In this document: positions 8,559 through 13,204 of the stretch, piece after piece
How the letters are laid out: each line of letters opens with the position of its first letter
Numbering within the stretch: the stretch's first letter is position 1
Origin: Azolla caroliniana
Lineage: Eukaryota; Plantae; Polypodiophyta
Assembly: GCA_043228905.1 (NCBI GenBank)
Contig: JBHGNT010000982.1
Coordinates: 1 to 13,204, forward strand
Reading direction: 5' to 3'
DNA: 13,204 nt
Made by a program: the position numbers and the translations under genes
The notes under the pieces: model-generated
What the model saw: the letters and a program-made list of their open reading frames with translations, nothing else
What the model was told of the DNA's origin: nothing
The model's database searches: none

Positions 8559-9117
8559 TAGGGATCGGCAATGGCTCGGCTCAAGCCTAAACCGTTTGGC
8601 TTATCCGGCTTGAAAACGGCTTAGCGGCTCGTTTCGGTTTAGGCTTGAACTTGCCTTAACGGTTTGAGCTCGGCTCGGCTTGGCTTGGCTTGGCTTGAGC
8701 CTCGACAAACCGTTTAAGCCGTTTATAAAATTTAGAGAGAGGGGGAGAGAGACAATAGACAAGGGGAAAGAGAGAGAGTGAGAGTGAGGGAGGGAGAACT
8801 ACACAGACGTGGAGAGAGAGAGAGAGAGAGAGAGAGTCGAGACCACAGACGTGAGAGAGAGTGGGAGGGAGAGCTTGTACAATGTATAGTATATAGTGGA
8901 TCATCTTAGAGAGAGAGGGAGGTAGGGAGAGAGAGAGAGAGAGGGAGGGAGGTTTCTAAACCGGTTTACAAGCCGTTTACCAAACCGGTTTATGCTAAAC
9001 CGGTTTGTGAACCGGCTCGGCTCATGTTTGAGATCTCGTAAACGGTTTAGGCTTAGCCGGTTTGGCTTGGATCAGGCCAAACCGATTAAGCCTAAACCGA
9101 ACCATTGCCGATCCCTA
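8559..9117. mobile_element. Non-autonomous hAT-type DNA transposon (MITE), 559 bp
   Basis: Perfect 16-bp TIR TAGGGATCGGCAATGG / CCATTGCCGATCCCTA, extending to 21 bp with one mismatch. TAGGG ends are typical of hAT elements. Dense subterminal AAACCG/AAACGG/CGGTTT motifs resemble Ac/Ds transposase-binding repeats. No 8-bp TSD is visible. Confidence 0.85.
8733..8952. repeat. GA-rich/(GA)n core of the MITE
   Basis: (GA)n runs at 8812-8836 and ~8927-8943, GGGA repeats, and CACAGACGTG twice (8802-8811, 8844-8853). Confidence 0.9.
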
Positions 9118-9698
9118 TATCCCACCTCCTTAATATGATAGTAACACAACTATTATCCAAAAAATGTAACATACAATGTCTTAACCAAGTGTGGTAATCA
9201 CCATTACATTTTTACCCTTCCTACATTGCTAGGGTTGAGGCATAATGCAATATTATTTTGTATGAATGGAAAACACACACAATAAAAGTGTGTCATGGTA
9301 TGTGAAGACAACATGAACATACTTCACATATCTCACTCCTCATGTATCCAATTTTATGACATACTCATCGTTGTGTGGATCATCCTTTTTCAACGACATA
9401 CTCTTCAACCCTTTTGATGGATGTAATGTCTACTCGAAATGTAACAATTTTAAATTAATGAGAACCCATGAAGAGGACAAAACTCAATTGTTTTTATAGA
9501 TATATTCAAATCTCTAAATATCTTTCTTTTGTTGATGATATGTCATTGCCTACTTCATGTGCTTACTTGAAGGACCCCATCAAATGTTTGGTGGTGACAT
9601 TGTTCTCCCATGTGATACCTTGTTTATGGTAATCGTTCTCAATGTTAAAGGACAAGTAGAAGTTTGGAAACTTGGTCTTGAATGAAAATGTTGTGCTC

Positions 9699-9775
9699 AT
9701 AAAAACTATGAATATAAAGAGACTTTAGGGCATCAAAGAAAGGATAAAAACTATGAATATGAAGAGACTTTAGGG
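9699..9775. repeat. 32-bp direct repeat, period 45
   Basis: ATAAAAACTATGAATAT(A/G)AAGAGACTTTAGGG at 9699-9730 and 9744-9775, one mismatch. Confidence 0.95.
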
Positions 9776-12347
9776 TCTTGAGATTTGAAGATGAAGGAGA
9801 GTGCATGAGTGAGCGACTAATGGTCTTCTCCTCGTTTGAAATCTCTATACGAAACAAATTCATGCCCATATTTGTTTTCTCTCATAGGATTGCCTTCATA
9901 CAATTTCATACAAAAGAGAATTGCAACACCCACACCAACCAATAATTTATTGTTTGTATCCCTTCACAAAAAAGAAATTTGATATCTTTGAGGACATGTA
10001 TGAACATAATTGTGTTGTGCTAAAGCTTGTGCTTTGTAAGGAATGATATGGATTTAAGTAATGTGTAATACATGGTAGGAATATAGACAAAATAAATAGA
10101 TTGAGGCCATGCAATTTTATAACCTTTGGACGTGAGTTTAATTATTTTGTTTGTGTGCACTAAGACTACCAAATGCTTTTAGATTGAAATCATGGAGATC
10201 ACTTCCTATAACCAGAGTGAGTTTTGCGATATAGACCATTCAAATAGCATTCTATTGTGTGAATGGTGAGGGTTTAAAACAACACTAGTGCCCTTAATCA
10301 AACCTAACATGGCTCAAAAGTAAAATCAATTCTTTGTTTCAACACATGAAGTATACTTTGCATGGAAAATTCCATGGCCTAGGGTAGTGCTAATAAGGAC
10401 TAAAGATTAAAATTGTTTTGTTTTCAAATTGAGGTCATGCACACTAATAATTCTCTCCTAGAAATACGTATTTATAAATAATTCAAGCCATTATTTTACT
10501 CCTAAGAACATGGCTTTACAACTCACCATCAAAACCCAACAATTGAACACAATTCATTGCCTTAGACATACTTATAAACAAGACCTTGTATGGTTGGAAA
10601 TACACATAAATTATTGGCTTAAAATTTTGTGCGTTAGCGGGTCATCTATTTTTAGAAGAGGGATAAGCCCGATGTTAGAGAATAAATGAAAATAGAAATC
10701 ATGAAATAAATATTACTATAAGTTGAAATAACCATAAAACAAAACAAAAAAATGTATAAACCAAGGCTCAAAAGCTTTGAAAGAAGAAACGTTGTTTGTA
10801 TCATGTCATACAAATATTACATAATCAATAGATAATAACGTGAAATGGAAATGTAGAACAATCAAGACGATGTTAGAGACTTTCCAAAACAAAAAACCTA
10901 CTTCCATTAGTTAAGGCAATGTACATAGGATAATTTACAACTCATATCTTACAAGCCATCTTGCATGTCAAAAGAAAGCAATATGTGTAGAGGAAACAAC
11001 AAAAACAGCTCCAAAACACCACATCATTCAATGCGAATAGCGTTACCCGAACGCATACTCTCCATGTGAGCCTCATACAACCCAAATTCAGCATAGACGT
11101 CCTCCAATTATTTATGCTCTTATAACATATCAAGAGCCTTCCACCTCAACATAGCCATATGAATATTGCTACAATTACACCTTCAATAAGAGGGGTATAA
11201 CCATATAACTTAGCTCACATTCAAGCTTATCCACATTGTGTGGTAACAATACAACGAAAATTATCAGACAAAGAAGGAGACATGTGCAAAGATTTGAATG
11301 AAAGTCAAGTTGTCTAGTTATAAATGACTAGAGTGGGTTGTGTGAACACATATCCACGTTACCTTTCCACACACATACTTGTGGGGCTCAATATAATTTG
11401 ACCTCTAGCGGTGTTATAAAACACATGTGATGTTGTTCCCTTTGGCTTCATATGCTTATGGGGCACCCATAAAGTTAAAATAACTATATAAAACAGTGGA
11501 TCCTTGAAGAGGCAATCAATAGTGCGCGAACCATTGAACAATATTTGCCCATATCCATTCATGAGTATGACAAAATACATATGGCTACAGACATGTGTAG
11601 GGCTCACAAAAATAAGAGTTACTATATTTTTACTTGTATTATCTCAACCGTTTATCCTTGATCTCATTTCAACATGTTTCTCTACACGAACTAGTTTTTT
11701 AAATGAAATTGACATCTTTTAACAGTAGAATACTATATTTCTTTAAAAGATGATTGTTCATGAGCCACATACAAGAAGGAGGGGGGGCAACGTGTTAACT
11801 TACAATAAAATAAAAAGAATTTCATGACTCAATGGGATTCGAATCTCAACACAACTTTATTGATCTTCTTATTGGCGGTAGACCAAGAAAACATGTGGCA
11901 TGGAGAAATAATAATTTAGTTCTACACTAGGGGACCTAATAAAGATATATTAAATAGAGCACATGCATATATAGTGAATTTAAAAAATCAACCCCATCTC
12001 ACATCAATACTCTACAAGAAAACTATGACAATGGATCACATGCACAAGCAAGGAAACTATGTTCGACAAGGAAAAGATGTCACGTTTCGTTGCGGACATG
12101 GATGTCACGCCAATTGAAGTGCATCTAACCTATGTTATAAAGATTCAACACAATGAAAAGGTCATAATGCTAACAACATGGCAATGAATGGGAAACCAAT
12201 TAATGTATCTAAATAACAAGAACAAAACACAATGTTTATATGTGTAGATGCCAAGCGAGACTTTTAGAACATTAAAGAAAGCATAAAAAAACAAGTTTTC
12301 CGAATGATTTTCCTTTTTGGGGGGAGAGAGAGGGAGGGAGGGAGATT

Positions 12348-12518
12348 AATATCTCAGTTAGCAAGGTTGCCCAATGGAGACCGGGTCATGGGTTCAACCC
12401 CTATATTCCAAAGTGGCATATGGTGAATTAAGAGACATCTATGGAGTAATAGAGATGTGAGAAAATTGGGCTTTGAAGGGAAGACATAGTTCTAGTTCAC
12501 TAGGGTAAGCTGATTATG

Positions 12519-12521
<3 letters not shown>
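12348..12521 (+). mobile_element. Probable tRNA-derived SINE remnant
   Basis: A-box-like TATCTCAGTTAGCA (12350-12363) and B-box-like GGTTCAACCCC (12391-12401) at tRNA-like spacing. GACCGGGTCATGGGTTCAA resembles plant SINE heads. A ~120-bp body ends at a (GA)n run. No cloverleaf. Confidence 0.45.

Positions 12522-12522
<1 letters not shown>

Positions 12523-12552
<30 letters not shown>
12523..12552. repeat. Perfect (GA)15 microsatellite
   Basis: Direct read of the sequence. Confidence 0.97.
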
Positions 12553-12555
<3 letters not shown>

Positions 12556-13064
12556 ATTTTAACATTTACACCACAACATTGTGTTTGTGTATAGATGTCA
12601 TACAAGACTTTGAAAACATTAAAGGAAGGATTGAAGCATGGGTTTTGCTAATGATTATTGGATAGAGAAGTAAACATCTTTTTAACATCCATTGGAGGCC
12701 ATGAAAAGGATTTTTTTCATGTCCACTACATACTACAATAAAGATTTTTAACAGTCACTAGTGATTGATTGTTGATTGTTGTATGTGGAACATGGTTGAG
12801 GCCATGACAAGGATCAAACTTGGATTTTCTCAACTTTATGACTTCAATGCATCGATATAAGCACCAAGCCAATAACAATTGGGGGGGAGAGAGAGAAGAG
12901 AGGATTTGTTTATTGGGAGACTGTGAGGTTATTGCTTTCAATATGTCGAGGTGGCATCGTGTAGTTCTAGGAGAACCGATGCATGGTAAAATAACAAAGC
13001 AATGTGTGAAAGTAAGGGGTCAATTTGTGTGTACGAACTTCTTTCTGACAGCCGAACAACAACA

Positions 13065-13172
13065 TGCTGGGAGACCGAAAAAATAAGGACTAGCGATACT
13101 AGACACCTATTTGGACGACCGAACCACTTTTTGTTGGGAGACCAATATATCAAGACTGGAGATACTAGACAC
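13065..13172. repeat. Degenerate direct repeat, period ~67 bp
   Basis: TGCTGGGAGACC...GACTAGCGATACTAGACAC (13065-13106) vs TGTTGGGAGACC...GACTGGAGATACTAGACAC (13132-13172). Confidence 0.8.
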
Positions 13173-13204
13173 ATAATCGGACATTTGAGGAACAAGAGAC
13201 AAAT

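Larger units (their letters stand above)
12241..12628. repeat. Dispersed degenerate direct repeat (period ~347 bp) bracketing the SINE-like segment
   Basis: 12241-12281 and 12588-12628 match at 33/41 positions (TGT.TAGATG.CA..C.AGACTTT.A.AACATTAAAG.AAG). Weaker similarity continues to GTTTT...AATGATT. Confidence 0.75.

Noticed and set aside
8656-8904. 82-aa minus-strand ORF
   Set aside because: Low-complexity translation of the MITE's GA and GGCTT repeats.
9560-9690. Minus-strand FKTKFPNF...ITWEN as a chromodomain remnant
   Set aside because: The motifs are in the wrong order for a chromovirus chromodomain and no integrase lies nearby.
11324-11357. CTAG next to an imperfect hairpin as a Helitron 3' end
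   Set aside because: The hairpin is weak, AT-rich and too close to the CTAG; no matching 5' end was found.
11833-11890. Minus-strand GAGATTCGAATCCC as a tRNA/SINE B-box
   Set aside because: No convincing A-box or cloverleaf at the right spacing.
12345-12420. Functional tRNA gene
   Set aside because: A/B-box-like motifs are present but acceptor and anticodon stems cannot be formed; treated as a SINE remnant.

Overview
This AT-rich window looks like intergenic DNA from a land plant (a fern or other non-flowering lineage is a weak guess from the LINE motifs). It has no host protein-coding gene, rRNA, intact tRNA or CRISPR array that I can support; the short ORFs in the track are chance frames or pieces of decayed transposon genes. 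The window is a nest of mobile elements: (1) the 3' end of a CpG-rich Ty1/copia-like LTR retrotransposon (polypurine tract plus ~479-bp LTR, 1-737); (2) a decayed minus-strand L1-clade LINE (~3303-8090) with ORF1 (DUF4283-like region, CCHC knuckle), APE endonuclease and zf-RVT motifs but no RT core; (3) a ~604-bp probable solo LTR inside the LINE (5851-6454); (4) a 202-bp foldback element inside the LINE (4232-4433), with 83-bp inverted arms, TGT...ACA ends and a near-perfect 5-bp target-site duplication; (5) a young hAT-type MITE with a GA-rich core (8559-9117); (6) a probable tRNA-derived SINE remnant in a GA tract (~12348-12552). The foldback element is the best candidate for something undescribed, possibly a Ginger-like or integrase-mobilised miniature element. 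All calls come from manual reading and translation, with no database searches.
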